Origin: an uncultured Bacteriovoracaceae bacterium
GTDB lineage: Bacteria; Bdellovibrionota; Bacteriovoracia; Bacteriovoracales; Bacteriovoracaceae
Direction of reading: 5' to 3'
NCBI GenBank assembly: GCA_964012805.1
Contig: CAXGUD010000022.1
Location: forward strand, 1 to 64,000
DNA length: 64,000 bases
The notes beneath the pieces were generated by a model. That model did not search any database. It worked only from the letters and a program-made list of their open reading frames with translations, and was not told the origin of the DNA. This document shows, in pieces, positions 38,912 to 48,678 of this stretch; the first letter of the stretch is position 1, and the number at the start of each line of letters is the position of its first letter. Made by a program: the position numbers and the translations under genes.

Positions 38912-40687
38912 CTATGCTTTGTCTATAAGTCCTGCTTCTTCTTGATTAACAATCCTTGGAGTTAAAAATATAATCATTTCACTTTTTTCAGTCTTAGGAT
39001 TATAAAGCGTTCTAAAAAACCAACCAACCATTGGTAAATCTTTTAGAAATGGAATCCCAGAATGGTTTTCTTGCTTGGTAAAGCTATATATTCCACCAAG
39101 AACAATTGTTGATCCATTGTCTACTAAGACACTTGTATTTATATCTCTAGTTTGCTTTGTTGGTGGAGCCTCAGTAAACTCTCTAGTGCCAAATTGTTCT
39201 TTTTTCAAGTTAATATCCATTACAATAGAGCCTTCATTGGTAACTTGTGGTGTAACCTCTAGAACAAGCTCAGCAGAAGCTTCATCAAATGTTGTGGTAA
39301 CGCTACCTCCACTTGATTCAGTTTTTGCAAAATATCTTGAGTCTTTGGTATTAATTTTGGCTTTCTTTTTATTTTGAGTGATTACTTTAGGACTAGAAAT
39401 AATTTTTAACTTAGATTCACTTTCCATGATTTGAAGTTTAAATGTTAAATCTTTTAACCTACCAAATCTTGCGATAGATAATCCAAAAATTTGGGACCTA
39501 TTTGCAGCGTCCGGTGCTGTACTGAAAGAAAACCCTGGTCCGTCATCTACTCCGCCGCCCACTGGATCATAGCCAAAACCAAAACCTTCTCTCAAGCCTA
39601 TTTCTTTTGCATATGACTCTGTAACTTCAATAATTTTGGATTCGATTAGTACTTGGGGTGTTTGAGTATCTAATACTTGTATAATTTTTCTAATTTTTTC
39701 GATCACTTCAGGTGTATCTTTTACAATTATAGAGTTAGTTCTTAAATCTTCAGAAGTTCTTCCTCTTTTGGGAGTTAAATACTCTTCAATAATTTTTTTT
39801 AGATCTGTAGTTTTCGCATAACTTATAGGAAATACTTTTGCGACCAACCTCTCTTCTTTTTTAGCCACTTTTTTTGCATCTAATTCTATCTGTTTATCTT
39901 TTGTGGCAGTTTCAAGTGTTGTCACCAGAAGAATGATTCCATTTTTTTTAGCAACTAACTTATTTAAATTAAGAATCGTATCTAGTGCTTGATCCCAAGG
40001 GATATTCGTTAGATTTAAACTGAGGGGGGGAAGTTTTTTTATATCTTCTGTTATGATAATGTTAAACCCTGAAGCGTCGGCAATCATTTTTAAAATATCT
40101 TCAATCTTAACGTCTTTCACACTAAAGGATATTTTCTTTCCAACATACTTTTTTCTACCAGATAAAGTTATATTTTCTAAAATATCTTCGATTGAGTCGG
40201 ATTTTGGTACTAAAAGTTTATCCTCTTCTATTACTGCTATTTTTTCTTTTAAGGTTTCATTCTTTTCAATTTCATTTTGGGAAAAAACACCAAACCTGTT
40301 TTCTATCTTCAGTAAAATTGAGTTTCCTTTCCTTTGCAATATTGACCTAACATTTTCTCTTAATTGAATTGCAATTCTTAAATCACCGACCGTCTTTGGT
40401 TTCTTATAAGCAGAAACAAAGACAACGCTCCCGGAAAACTCGGAAGTATCAAAAGACCTTATTGTTTTTTGATCAGCCTGCACATTTTTTAAATCTATGA
40501 TTATTTGTTTGTCTTCAACAATAGAAAACCTTTTCGCCAAAACGTCATGTCTATCAAAAGACAAATCTAGATAGGATACTTCCCCTTTTTGGTAAAACTT
40601 CATTCCTTTCATCACAGAAGAAAAACTAAGAAAAGGAAAGAGGGAAAGCATGGTAAAAACAATAGCATTTATGAACTTTCTTTCCAT
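38912..40687 (-). CDS. pilQ: Type IVa pilus secretin PilQ
   Basis: PWDQALD, DLRTNSIIV, QVLIESKI, LEVTPQVT, GIPFLKDLP, IFLTPRI. Confidence 0.95.
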   Translation of the reverse strand: MERKFINAIVFTMLSLFPFLSFSSVMKGMKFYQKGEVSYLDLSFDRHDVLAKRFSIVEDKQIIIDLKNVQADQKTIRSFDTSEFSGSVVFVSAYKKPKTVGDLRIAIQLRENVRSILQRKGNSILLKIENRFGVFSQNEIEKNETLKEKIAVIEEDKLLVPKSDSIEDILENITLSGRKKYVGKKISFSVKDVKIEDILKMIADASGFNIIITEDIKKLPPLSLNLTNIPWDQALDTILNLNKLVAKKNGIILLVTTLETATKDKQIELDAKKVAKKEERLVAKVFPISYAKTTDLKKIIEEYLTPKRGRTSEDLRTNSIIVKDTPEVIEKIRKIIQVLDTQTPQVLIESKIIEVTESYAKEIGLREGFGFGYDPVGGGVDDGPGFSFSTAPDAANRSQIFGLSIARFGRLKDLTFKLQIMESESKLKIISSPKVITQNKKKAKINTKDSRYFAKTESSGGSVTTTFDEASAELVLEVTPQVTNEGSIVMDINLKKEQFGTREFTEAPPTKQTRDINTSVLVDNGSTIVLGGIYSFTKQENHSGIPFLKDLPMVGWFFRTLYNPKTEKSEMIIFLTPRIVNQEEAGLIDKA

Positions 40688-40723
40688 AGATCGTCCTAAA
40701 AGTTACGAACAATATCAAATTGA

Positions 40724-40732
40724 ATTATATCA
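40724..40732 (-). promoter_or_regulatory. Possible internal extended -10 promoter for pilQ
   Basis: TGaTATAAT about 37 nt upstream of the pilQ ATG, in the pilP-pilQ gap. Confidence 0.5.
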
Positions 40733-40785
40733 CTTTTTAGAAAACGGAAAAAAATGGACAAAAAAGGCCAAACACACCGCAACAA

Positions 40786-41268
40786 TCACTCAGTAGAAAT
40801 TGGAATAATTGTCTCTAGATATTCTTCTTGATTATAAACATTTCTAATTTTTTCAACAACAACAATTCCTCCTGGTAGAATAGCTTTTATTTCAGCATTA
40901 TCCCTACCAAGACGCATCCCTTCTTTAAGTATATAAGTATCTTTAGATAATCCAGCACCTTGAATAATTTTGGCCATTGCCCTTCGATTTTTACCTAAAA
41001 GAACGCCAACAATTCTAACTTGATTAAGCGGTACGTTTTCTATAGATGGAAGATTGGAAAAAAAGTTACCTTTAAGAAAAGCAGAGTACTTCCCTTTCCT
41101 TCCTTTCAAACGAATTCTTTTTCTTTTAAAGGGATCCCTTAAGCCGAAAGGATTTTTAATACTTGTTTTATTTCCATTAAAAAATTCGAATTTTGGCTTA
41201 CTTCCCAGTGTATAAAAAGAGAAAGTTAAGGAGAATAAAAAAATAGTAAATTTAATTTTTTTTATCAT
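40786..41268 (-). CDS. pilP: PilP-like pilus assembly protein
   Basis: RDPF motif, VRIVGVL...RAMA, GMRLG; position between pilO and pilQ. Confidence 0.85.
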   Translation of the reverse strand: MIKKIKFTIFLFSLTFSFYTLGSKPKFEFFNGNKTSIKNPFGLRDPFKRKRIRLKGRKGKYSAFLKGNFFSNLPSIENVPLNQVRIVGVLLGKNRRAMAKIIQGAGLSKDTYILKEGMRLGRDNAEIKAILPGGIVVVEKIRNVYNQEEYLETIIPISTE

Positions 41269-41912
41269 GAGCTTTTCTTAGGTTTTTTTCTTTTAATTTT
41301 TTTATTTTTAATTTCCTTTTCAATTTTATCTATACCTCTGTCTTCCTTAAAATTATTGTTATAACGATAGACAAGAAGATTCATATCTACATCTATTAAT
41401 TGATAACGACCTTTATTTTTTATATTGGATTTTTTAAAGGTTAAATCGCCAATATTCATGAGCTTATCTTTTTTTTCACCTATTTTTTCCAAAAGAATTA
41501 AAAATTGAAGGAATGTTCCGGTTGCTTTTAAATTATATCTTTTTATAAAATAAAAACCTTTATTTTCTTCTTCCTTTGGGGTCAATTTTAAATCTAGAAT
41601 GTTAAGTCTATTGACCATAGATGAAACCATTCCTAAATTCTCTGAGTCATTAATTCTAGATGGGAATTGTCTTTGGATTCTCTCATTTTCTTGAGCAACT
41701 TTTTCAATCATTTTTTTTGCTTTTTCAACATCTTTTAAAAACCTTTGTAGATCTTTTAACTCTTTATTTTTTCTTTTTATTTTATTCTTAATAATAGGAA
41801 TTCTATTTTGAATTTCGGTAATTTTGGTAGAATGAGATTCATATTTATCAAATACAGAATATACAACCCATAATAAAATAAAAAAATGTAACTTGCTTAA
41901 TATTTTAGCCAT
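41265..41912 (-). CDS. pilO: PilO
   Basis: TM, coiled coil, then GTFLQFLILLEKI ferredoxin-like core; synteny. Confidence 0.85.
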   Translation of the reverse strand: MAKILSKLHFFILLWVVYSVFDKYESHSTKITEIQNRIPIIKNKIKRKNKELKDLQRFLKDVEKAKKMIEKVAQENERIQRQFPSRINDSENLGMVSSMVNRLNILDLKLTPKEEENKGFYFIKRYNLKATGTFLQFLILLEKIGEKKDKLMNIGDLTFKKSNIKNKGRYQLIDVDMNLLVYRYNNNFKEDRGIDKIEKEIKNKKIKRKKPKKSS

Positions 41913-41931
41913 AATCTTTTTTTACCAAAAA

Positions 41932-42531
41932 TTAAAAGTTTTGAACCTGGCCCTCTATTTTATATTTTTCTAGGTTAATTAAACTTCCTTGAATTTTCTC
42001 TTTTTTTGTTTCGGAATCGGTAAGACTTAATGTTTTCCCAAAAAATTGAGAATCGTTAGCTGAAATAATAAAGTCTCCTATATCCTTATAGGAAAAAGCA
42101 CTTCCAGAAATTATAATCTTTTTATCGCTATCAATCTTTAGATATTCAAACCATAAATCAGTAGGGGTGTTCCTTGCAAGCCGCTCTAAAAGTTTTTTTG
42201 GATTCGACCTCAAATTGACAATTTGAGTAACATAGCTTCTTCTTTGTTTCAGTTTTTCAACCTGTAAATTAAAAGCCTCTAATTCTAATTTAGCTTTTGA
42301 GTTTTTCTTAATCTTTCTTTTTATTTTTCTTAATCTTACATTTAAAGCCTTAATTTTATTTTCTTTAAGAACCTTTTCCTCTTCCCAGTCGGGGTAAAGA
42401 AAGATCCCAGGCATATATGATACAACCATCGCTGCTATAATTAGTCTTAAATTTATTGTCGATAAGTCTATCCCCAGAACAACAGGCATTTTAAATGGTT
42501 TCTTTTGCTCTATTAAATTTATCTTTATCAT
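41932..42531 (-). CDS. pilN: PilN
   Basis: MIKINLI PilM-binding motif, TM, PTDLWF. Confidence 0.9.
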   Translation of the reverse strand: MIKINLIEQKKPFKMPVVLGIDLSTINLRLIIAAMVVSYMPGIFLYPDWEEEKVLKENKIKALNVRLRKIKRKIKKNSKAKLELEAFNLQVEKLKQRRSYVTQIVNLRSNPKKLLERLARNTPTDLWFEYLKIDSDKKIIISGSAFSYKDIGDFIISANDSQFFGKTLSLTDSETKKEKIQGSLINLEKYKIEGQVQNF

Positions 42532-43634
42532 AATGATAAATCTCTCATAGCTAAACCTAAGGCAGCTACACCTCGATAAGCAATATTTTCAAGGTCATCT
42601 TCGTCAATATTTTTCTTATCGTATTCGATCCCATCAAATATATTTAAGATTTTAATTTCCATACCTAGAAGAGCTTCGATGCCTTCAATTAAGCCAGGCA
42701 AGAGGGTACAGCCACCAGTAACATAACAAGCCGTTAATGATTCATCTGATGAGGAAGTTAAGTAAAAGTCTATAGTCTTTTTAACATCCGAGAAAATTGT
42801 ATCAAGTACTTCGTCAATAATGTCTACCACTTCTTCAGGTAAGTTGCCATTTTCATCCACGTTAGTTTTTAAATCTTCAGCTTCTGAATAGTTAACACCC
42901 ATTTGGCGTTGTATTTCTTCGGTAACCATTAATCCGCCAATTTCCATTTCCTTGACAAAAATAATTCTACCGTTTCGAAAAATAACGAGGCTTGTTTTTT
43001 GAGCCCCAATATCCATTACGATATAAGAGCAGTCTTTTTTAAGCTCTTTAGATGAAATAAGATCAAAGACATTGATAACTGCTAATGAATGGAGATCGAT
43101 TACTTTTACCTTAACTTTAACTTTCTCAACTAATTCCTTAAAGGTATCAACAATTTGCTTTTTAGCGGCAACAACGAGAACATCCATTCCACCACCCTCA
43201 TTTTGGCCAAAAACATGATGCGATAGAATTGCCTCATCTATATCAAAAGGTATGTACTGTTCAGCTTCCCACATAACTTGATCATTTATTTCTTCTTCTG
43301 TTCCCCCTGCTAATTGTAACCTTCTTGCAAATGTGCTTGGGCCACTTAACCCGATACAACAATCGCAGTTGTCTACACCAACTTCTTCGAGGACTTCCCG
43401 GAGAGCTTCTAAGATATCATCTTCATTATGAACTTCATCTTCAATTAGTGCCCCCTCTGGAATTACACAAGTAGAGAATTTCGTAAGTTTATAACTTCCA
43501 TTCTTCTTTTTTTGAACTTGAGCGACTTTAATTGAGCTCAAGCCAATATCAATTCCAATAAAGGACTTTTTCCCAAAAGCTAGTGCATTTTTTAAATTAT
43601 CAATTAGGCGTTCTAAGAATACCTCTTTACTCAA
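42528..43634 (-). CDS. pilM: PilM actin-like protein
   Basis: IGIDIG...IKV, EAEQYIPF, DIGA, VTGG, ALGLAMR. Confidence 0.95.
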   Translation of the reverse strand: MSKEVFLERLIDNLKNALAFGKKSFIGIDIGLSSIKVAQVQKKKNGSYKLTKFSTCVIPEGALIEDEVHNEDDILEALREVLEEVGVDNCDCCIGLSGPSTFARRLQLAGGTEEEINDQVMWEAEQYIPFDIDEAILSHHVFGQNEGGGMDVLVVAAKKQIVDTFKELVEKVKVKVKVIDLHSLAVINVFDLISSKELKKDCSYIVMDIGAQKTSLVIFRNGRIIFVKEMEIGGLMVTEEIQRQMGVNYSEAEDLKTNVDENGNLPEEVVDIIDEVLDTIFSDVKKTIDFYLTSSSDESLTACYVTGGCTLLPGLIEGIEALLGMEIKILNIFDGIEYDKKNIDEDDLENIAYRGVAALGLAMRDLSL

Positions 43635-43717
43635 CTATATCTCCATTAAAAGCAGAAACTAATTAAATTATAACGAGATAACCGTTTTGAGAGCAACCTA
43701 ATAATAAACCATTTGGT

Positions 43718-44485
43718 CTAAAAGATTTTTAAAAATGATTCAAAAAACTTAGGAAAAAATATCTGAAGGGATGCCACTAAAATTATGAAAGGACCAAAAG
43801 GCATTTCAGATTCACGTTTTAATTTTTTAATGAGAATTAAAAAGAAGCCTATTATGGATCCTCCAAGGCAACTGAAAAAAATATTTTGAATAATGCCCAT
43901 GGGACCTAAATGTAAGCCCAAAATACCAAAAAGCTTAATATCTCCCATTCCCAAGCCTTCTTTTTTCTTAGCCAAATAGAAAAGCCAAGTAACAGTCAAG
44001 GGAAATAAAACTCCTATTAAGGAGCCATAAAGCCAAAACTGCCAATTTTTAAACATGATAGAAAAAGTCAAAAAAATGAGAGCCAAATATAAGTTAAGGA
44101 TATTTGGTAGAATTTTATGCTTCAAATCTATAAAAAAATGGGTCACAAAAATACAAAATATACTGAAGTAAAATGTAAAATTTAGAATATTAATTAATTC
44201 AAAGTTTTTAGGCCATAATAAGTAAGAAACTAAGCCAGTTAGAGCTTCAATAATGGGGTATTGCTTAGGGATGGGAGTTTTACAATTTGAACATGCGCCG
44301 CGCAAAAAAATATAACTTAAAACAGGAATGTTTTCATACCAAGGAATCGTTTTTTCACACTTCGGGCAAAATGACCTTGGCAAAAAAATACCAATGCCAT
44401 TAGGAATCCTGAAAATTAAAGCATTCAAAAAGCTGCCAAATATTAAGCCAAAACTTACTCCAAAAAAAGTAGAAGTATATTCCAT
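43718..44485 (-). CDS. pilD: Prepilin peptidase/N-methyltransferase
   Basis: GSFLN, CPKC...CSNC, IDLKHKILP, GMGDIKL, PFGPF. Confidence 0.96.
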   Translation of the reverse strand: MEYTSTFFGVSFGLIFGSFLNALIFRIPNGIGIFLPRSFCPKCEKTIPWYENIPVLSYIFLRGACSNCKTPIPKQYPIIEALTGLVSYLLWPKNFELINILNFTFYFSIFCIFVTHFFIDLKHKILPNILNLYLALIFLTFSIMFKNWQFWLYGSLIGVLFPLTVTWLFYLAKKKEGLGMGDIKLFGILGLHLGPMGIIQNIFFSCLGGSIIGFFLILIKKLKRESEMPFGPFIILVASLQIFFPKFFESFLKIF

Positions 44486-44495
44486 AATTCTTTTC

Positions 44496-45260
44496 CTAAA
44501 AATTTCTTCTCTTAAAAATATTTAAATTTAAAAGAATAAGAATAATAGAGTAAATAAATGTATTCAATGTGGTTTGCAAGACAAATTTTAAATCAATTTT
44601 TCCACCATATAGATAGGCTTCTTTTATATCCAAAATAAAAAAGTTTGGAAAAATAAAAGTTAAAAAATTTAAAATATCAGTAAAAAAACTCATTTTGTTT
44701 AAATTAGCTATCTGAAGCGTATTGGGCAGTCCATAACCAATCAAATAAAAAGCTACACTTAAAAAGAATGCTAGAAAGTGGGATGTTATTTGAGAAAAAC
44801 TTAAAGATATTAAAAACATTAAAAAACTACTAAGGAGTATAAAGAAAAAACATAACAGGAGCCCTATATCTACCTTACCGCCTGCATAAATATATACACT
44901 CAAAATTATTGTTGATAGAAAAAGAAATTCGAAAAAAATAATTAGCAAATAGCCAATAACTTTACCTATAAGAAAAAAAGATTTTTGTTTTAATTTTGGC
45001 AAGACAACATATAAACTCGCAACGTCATTAAATTTAGAAAAAGACGTAGATCCAAAAAATACAGAAAGAGTCATTAAAGAAAAGAATAAAAAACCCAAAC
45101 CTACATCAAAATAAATTTTAAGTTTATTACCATAAGAAATTTCTGATGCGACCATTGAAATCATAGAAAAGAAAATTCCAAATAAAATAGATAATGAGAA
45201 TACTCTACCTTTAATTATTTCTTTAACAGTGAGCTTAATAATGGAGACTAATTGTTTCAT
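44496..45260 (-). CDS. ABC-2 type permease (myxobacterial PilI-like)
   Basis: Multiple TM segments, FLIGK, FPNF, ends FKRRNF; follows the ABC ATPase in the pil cluster. Confidence 0.8.
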   Translation of the reverse strand: MKQLVSIIKLTVKEIIKGRVFSLSILFGIFFSMISMVASEISYGNKLKIYFDVGLGFLFFSLMTLSVFFGSTSFSKFNDVASLYVVLPKLKQKSFFLIGKVIGYLLIIFFEFLFLSTIILSVYIYAGGKVDIGLLLCFFFILLSSFLMFLISLSFSQITSHFLAFFLSVAFYLIGYGLPNTLQIANLNKMSFFTDILNFLTFIFPNFFILDIKEAYLYGGKIDLKFVLQTTLNTFIYSIILILLNLNIFKRRNF

Positions 45261-45266
45261 TAGTTT

Positions 45267-46157
45267 TTAACCACCTTCTAAATTTAAAAAATGATCGCCA
45301 AGCTTGAATTTATTTAATATCACAGATTCCACATCACAACCTTTTGAGATAACTTCTTTTATAAAAGTATCTTTTTCATTTTTAAGAATTTTAAAAACAT
45401 ATTTATTTAAAAATTTTGATTCTTCTTTTTTTGAGAAATTAACTTTTTCATCTGGTGATAAAACCTCAATATGATAACCGTCAAAAAACTGATAATTTTT
45501 TGAGTTTTTCACAATAGAAGAATCTATTATTTTACCTTTCTTAATATAAAACCATTCATCTATTAATATGCTTACATCTTCAAACAAATGGCTTGTTAAT
45601 AACACTCCTCCACCATTATATTTAAATTTCTCTATTTCATTTTTTAATATAAATCTTGAGTCAAAATCTAAACCAGAAAATGGTTCATCCAACAATATAA
45701 ATTTTGGATCATTTATTATACAACCTATAAATGAGGCTTTTTTAAGCATTCCTTGAGAAAAATTTTTTAATTTTGTACCCAGAAAACTTTCTAGTTCGAA
45801 AATTTTTGTAAAATAATTTAATTTTTCATTAAAAATATGATTTGGAATATTATGAATTTCTTTAATAGTTAAAAAGAAGTCTTTACACATTAGATCTGGA
45901 AAAAAACCCATTTTTTCAGATGAGAAGGAAATCTCACTAAATGAAGTATTTTTATTGTTAAAGTGAAGACTTCCTTTATCAGGAAGCATTAACTTCATTA
46001 TTACTTTTAATATTGAGGTTTTTCCGGAACCATTCTTGCCAAAAAGTCCATATATATTACCAAGCTCCAGCTTAAGGCAAATGTCATCTAAGATATTAAT
46101 TTTGGATAAGTTAATATCTTCCTTAAAAGCTTTTGTTATATTTTTCAATTCAATCAT
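45267..46157 (-). CDS. ABC ATP-binding protein (myxobacterial PilH-like)
   Basis: GKNGSGKT, FSQGM signature variant, LLDEPFSGLD, TSH. Confidence 0.9.
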   Translation of the reverse strand: MIELKNITKAFKEDINLSKINILDDICLKLELGNIYGLFGKNGSGKTSILKVIMKLMLPDKGSLHFNNKNTSFSEISFSSEKMGFFPDLMCKDFFLTIKEIHNIPNHIFNEKLNYFTKIFELESFLGTKLKNFSQGMLKKASFIGCIINDPKFILLDEPFSGLDFDSRFILKNEIEKFKYNGGGVLLTSHLFEDVSILIDEWFYIKKGKIIDSSIVKNSKNYQFFDGYHIEVLSPDEKVNFSKKEESKFLNKYVFKILKNEKDTFIKEVISKGCDVESVILNKFKLGDHFLNLEGG

Positions 46158-46208
46158 ATAGAATATTTTTAAAAATAAATAAACAAATACAATAATTATG
46201 TAAAAAAA

Positions 46209-46883
46209 ATGATTAAAATAAAAGAAAATGTTATATTCTTGATGTTTTTAATTGCACTATTTTTAGTTCATGGAACGCTAAATAGAAGAATACAATTAAA
46301 ACCTATAAATTATAACTTTCAAAAATATTCAATTAATTTCAAAAGCGAATACACCAAGTTTTTAAATGTAGGATTAAATAGTTTCTTTTCTAAATTTTTA
46401 TGGATTTCTACAGTCTTAAAATTAGATACTGCACATTATAAAAAGAAAGACTTAAACTCTTGGTTATTTTTAAAATTATCAACAATAACCGATTTAGACC
46501 CTTATTTTTATGATGCATTTTTATACGGTGGACAATATCTATCAATAATAAAAGACGACCCTTTTGGAGCGGAATCAATTTATAAAAAAGGATTGAAAAA
46601 CTTTAAAGATGACTTTTGGCTTAACCTTAACACAGGATATAACGCATTTTTTGAACTAAATAAAAAAAAAGAAGGTATACATTACTACACTGAGGCTTTA
46701 AAGAACTCTGATTCCATTAAATATAATTCACACCTACCTTTCTTTTTAACAGCTTATTTTACATCAAAAAATGATAATAAGGCTGCAATTAAAATACTTG
46801 AATTAAGTTTGAAGAACACCAAAGATCCAAAATTAAAAAAAGCTTTAATAAAAAAAATTAATGCTTTAAGGATTAAAATTTAA
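46209..46883 (+). CDS. Membrane-anchored helical/TPR-like protein (myxobacterial PilG-like), inverted
   Basis: N-terminal [26 protein letters not shown]; lies between pilA and the ABC ATPase. Confidence 0.65.
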   Translation: MIKIKENVIFLMFLIALFLVHGTLNRRIQLKPINYNFQKYSINFKSEYTKFLNVGLNSFFSKFLWISTVLKLDTAHYKKKDLNSWLFLKLSTITDLDPYFYDAFLYGGQYLSIIKDDPFGAESIYKKGLKNFKDDFWLNLNTGYNAFFELNKKKEGIHYYTEALKNSDSIKYNSHLPFFLTAYFTSKNDNKAAIKILELSLKNTKDPKLKKALIKKINALRIKI

Positions 46884-47410
46884 TAGCCTACCTTAACATG
46901 TCTAAGATCTTTATCTTGATCGATAGTCCATGTATCAGCATTAGGGCCTTTTTTTTCACTATCTAGAACGGCTACAGCCCCTGCCTTGTACTCTGTACCA
47001 CCGTTTACCAAAGCATCATTAGGCAAATCGGTTCCTTTAGCAACATTGCCTTTAGAACCTCTATTAGCATCAAATTGATAACCAGTATTTGGACAATTTA
47101 AACCGGCATCTGTAATATTTTTATTGGCAGTAGCATTAGGTTGTTTAAACCCAATAGCATAATAATTATTCTTCTTGGGGGCAGAATAACCAGCATTTTC
47201 TAAACAGGTTCCATATGAGTCATATTCATTGTCAAGTTGCTGCTCTGTCATAAATACAGCTGATAATTGAATCTTTGCTTCGGTCGTTTTAGCCTTTCCC
47301 TGATACTTTTTAAAATTTGGTATTGCTATTGAAGCTAAGATTCCAATAATTGCGACCACAACCATTAGCTCAATCAAGGTAAAACCTTTGTCACAACTTT
47401 TTACCCTCAT
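46880..47410 (-). CDS. pilA: Type IVa major pilin
   Basis: [26 protein letters not shown]; strong SD AAGGAG. Confidence 0.93.
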   Translation of the reverse strand: MRVKSCDKGFTLIELMVVVAIIGILASIAIPNFKKYQGKAKTTEAKIQLSAVFMTEQQLDNEYDSYGTCLENAGYSAPKKNNYYAIGFKQPNATANKNITDAGLNCPNTGYQFDANRGSKGNVAKGTDLPNDALVNGGTEYKAGAVAVLDSEKKGPNADTWTIDQDKDLRHVKVGY

Positions 47411-47457
47411 GAAAACTCCTTTTAAAAAAAACCCTTATTTTTGATTGCTTTATTAAA

Positions 47458-48675
47458 TCATCCACCAGCTTGCATAAAAATCGGTAAATACATTGCCACC
47501 AAAATTAAAGCTGTTATTCCACCTAATACAACAATTATTAGAGGTTCTATTAACTTTGTTCCACTATCGATGAGGGAATCAATTTCTTCTTCAAAAACAC
47601 TAGAAATTTTTTCCATCATTAGATCTAATCGACCAGTCTGTTCACCAACTTTAATCATTTGGCTTGCCATATCAGGAAAGTATTCAATTTTATCAATGCT
47701 TTGGTTTAATGTTTTTCCTGAAATAACCTCTTTTTTTACTCTAAGTAAGTCATTTGAAATAATTTTGTTATCCAAGGTTTCAATACAAATATCCAAAGCG
47801 TCAATTATAGAAACGCCTGACCCTACCATTATTCCTAATGTTCTTGAAAATCCTCCTAGATTTCCTTTAATTATAATCATCCCAAAAATGGGTAAACTCA
47901 TAGTAATTTTGTCAAAAAGAGTTTTTCCTAATTCAGTGTTTTCTACAGAGACTTTAATAAAAATAAAAATCAAAACAAAAAATAAAAATATTTTTCCCGA
48001 CCATTCACCTAAAAAGGCTGAGATATCCATTACAAAACTTGTTATAAAAGGTGGCTCTTGACCAGTTGAAGCTAATTGCTCAACAAATTGAGGGACAACA
48101 AAATTTAAAAGACCCCATACAACTAATGTCCCAACAACCACCACAACCATTGGGTAAGTTAGAGCAGATTTAATTTTCTTTTTTACTTTTTCTTGGTTGT
48201 CCAAATGGAAAGCTAGCTTATCTAAAATAACATCTAAAACGCCTGCTGTTTCTCCAGCTTTAACCAAACTACAATACAATTTATTGAATCCATTTTGATT
48301 TTCCATCGCAGAAGAAATTGTCTTACCATGACCTACATCGGAAGAGATTTCCTTTATAGATTTCTTAAGAGCTGAGTTTTTTTCCGATTTAAATAATATT
48401 TCCAGTGCTTCCATAATCGGAACACCTGCATTAACCATTATTGCAAGTTGCTTTGTAAATAGAACTAATTCTTTTTGACCAAATGGAACAGCAAGACCCT
48501 TTTCAAGCATCCACTCATTAAAATCAAACTCTAGTAAGGAAGGAGCAATTAAAGTTCTTACTCGAACTCCATTAGATCTTAATGACTTTCTAGCGGACCT
48601 TTCATCTTTTGCTTGAATTTGGCCACGCGATTTTTTCCCATTTTTATCAAAACCTTCCCACTTCCAAAGGCCCAT
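47458..48675 (-). CDS. pilC: Type IV pilus platform protein PilC
   Basis: FTKQLA, AGETAG, SALTYP, VGEQTG, LIEP, AMYLPIF. Confidence 0.96.
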   Translation of the reverse strand: MGLWKWEGFDKNGKKSRGQIQAKDERSARKSLRSNGVRVRTLIAPSLLEFDFNEWMLEKGLAVPFGQKELVLFTKQLAIMVNAGVPIMEALEILFKSEKNSALKKSIKEISSDVGHGKTISSAMENQNGFNKLYCSLVKAGETAGVLDVILDKLAFHLDNQEKVKKKIKSALTYPMVVVVVGTLVVWGLLNFVVPQFVEQLASTGQEPPFITSFVMDISAFLGEWSGKIFLFFVLIFIFIKVSVENTELGKTLFDKITMSLPIFGMIIIKGNLGGFSRTLGIMVGSGVSIIDALDICIETLDNKIISNDLLRVKKEVISGKTLNQSIDKIEYFPDMASQMIKVGEQTGRLDLMMEKISSVFEEEIDSLIDSGTKLIEPLIIVVLGGITALILVAMYLPIFMQAGG

Positions 48676-48678
48676 TAT

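Noticed and set aside
47486..47500. sigma54 promoter for pilA (TGGCAA-N5-TTAC)
   Set aside because: It lacks the -12 GC and coincides with the conserved PilC VAMYLP codons.
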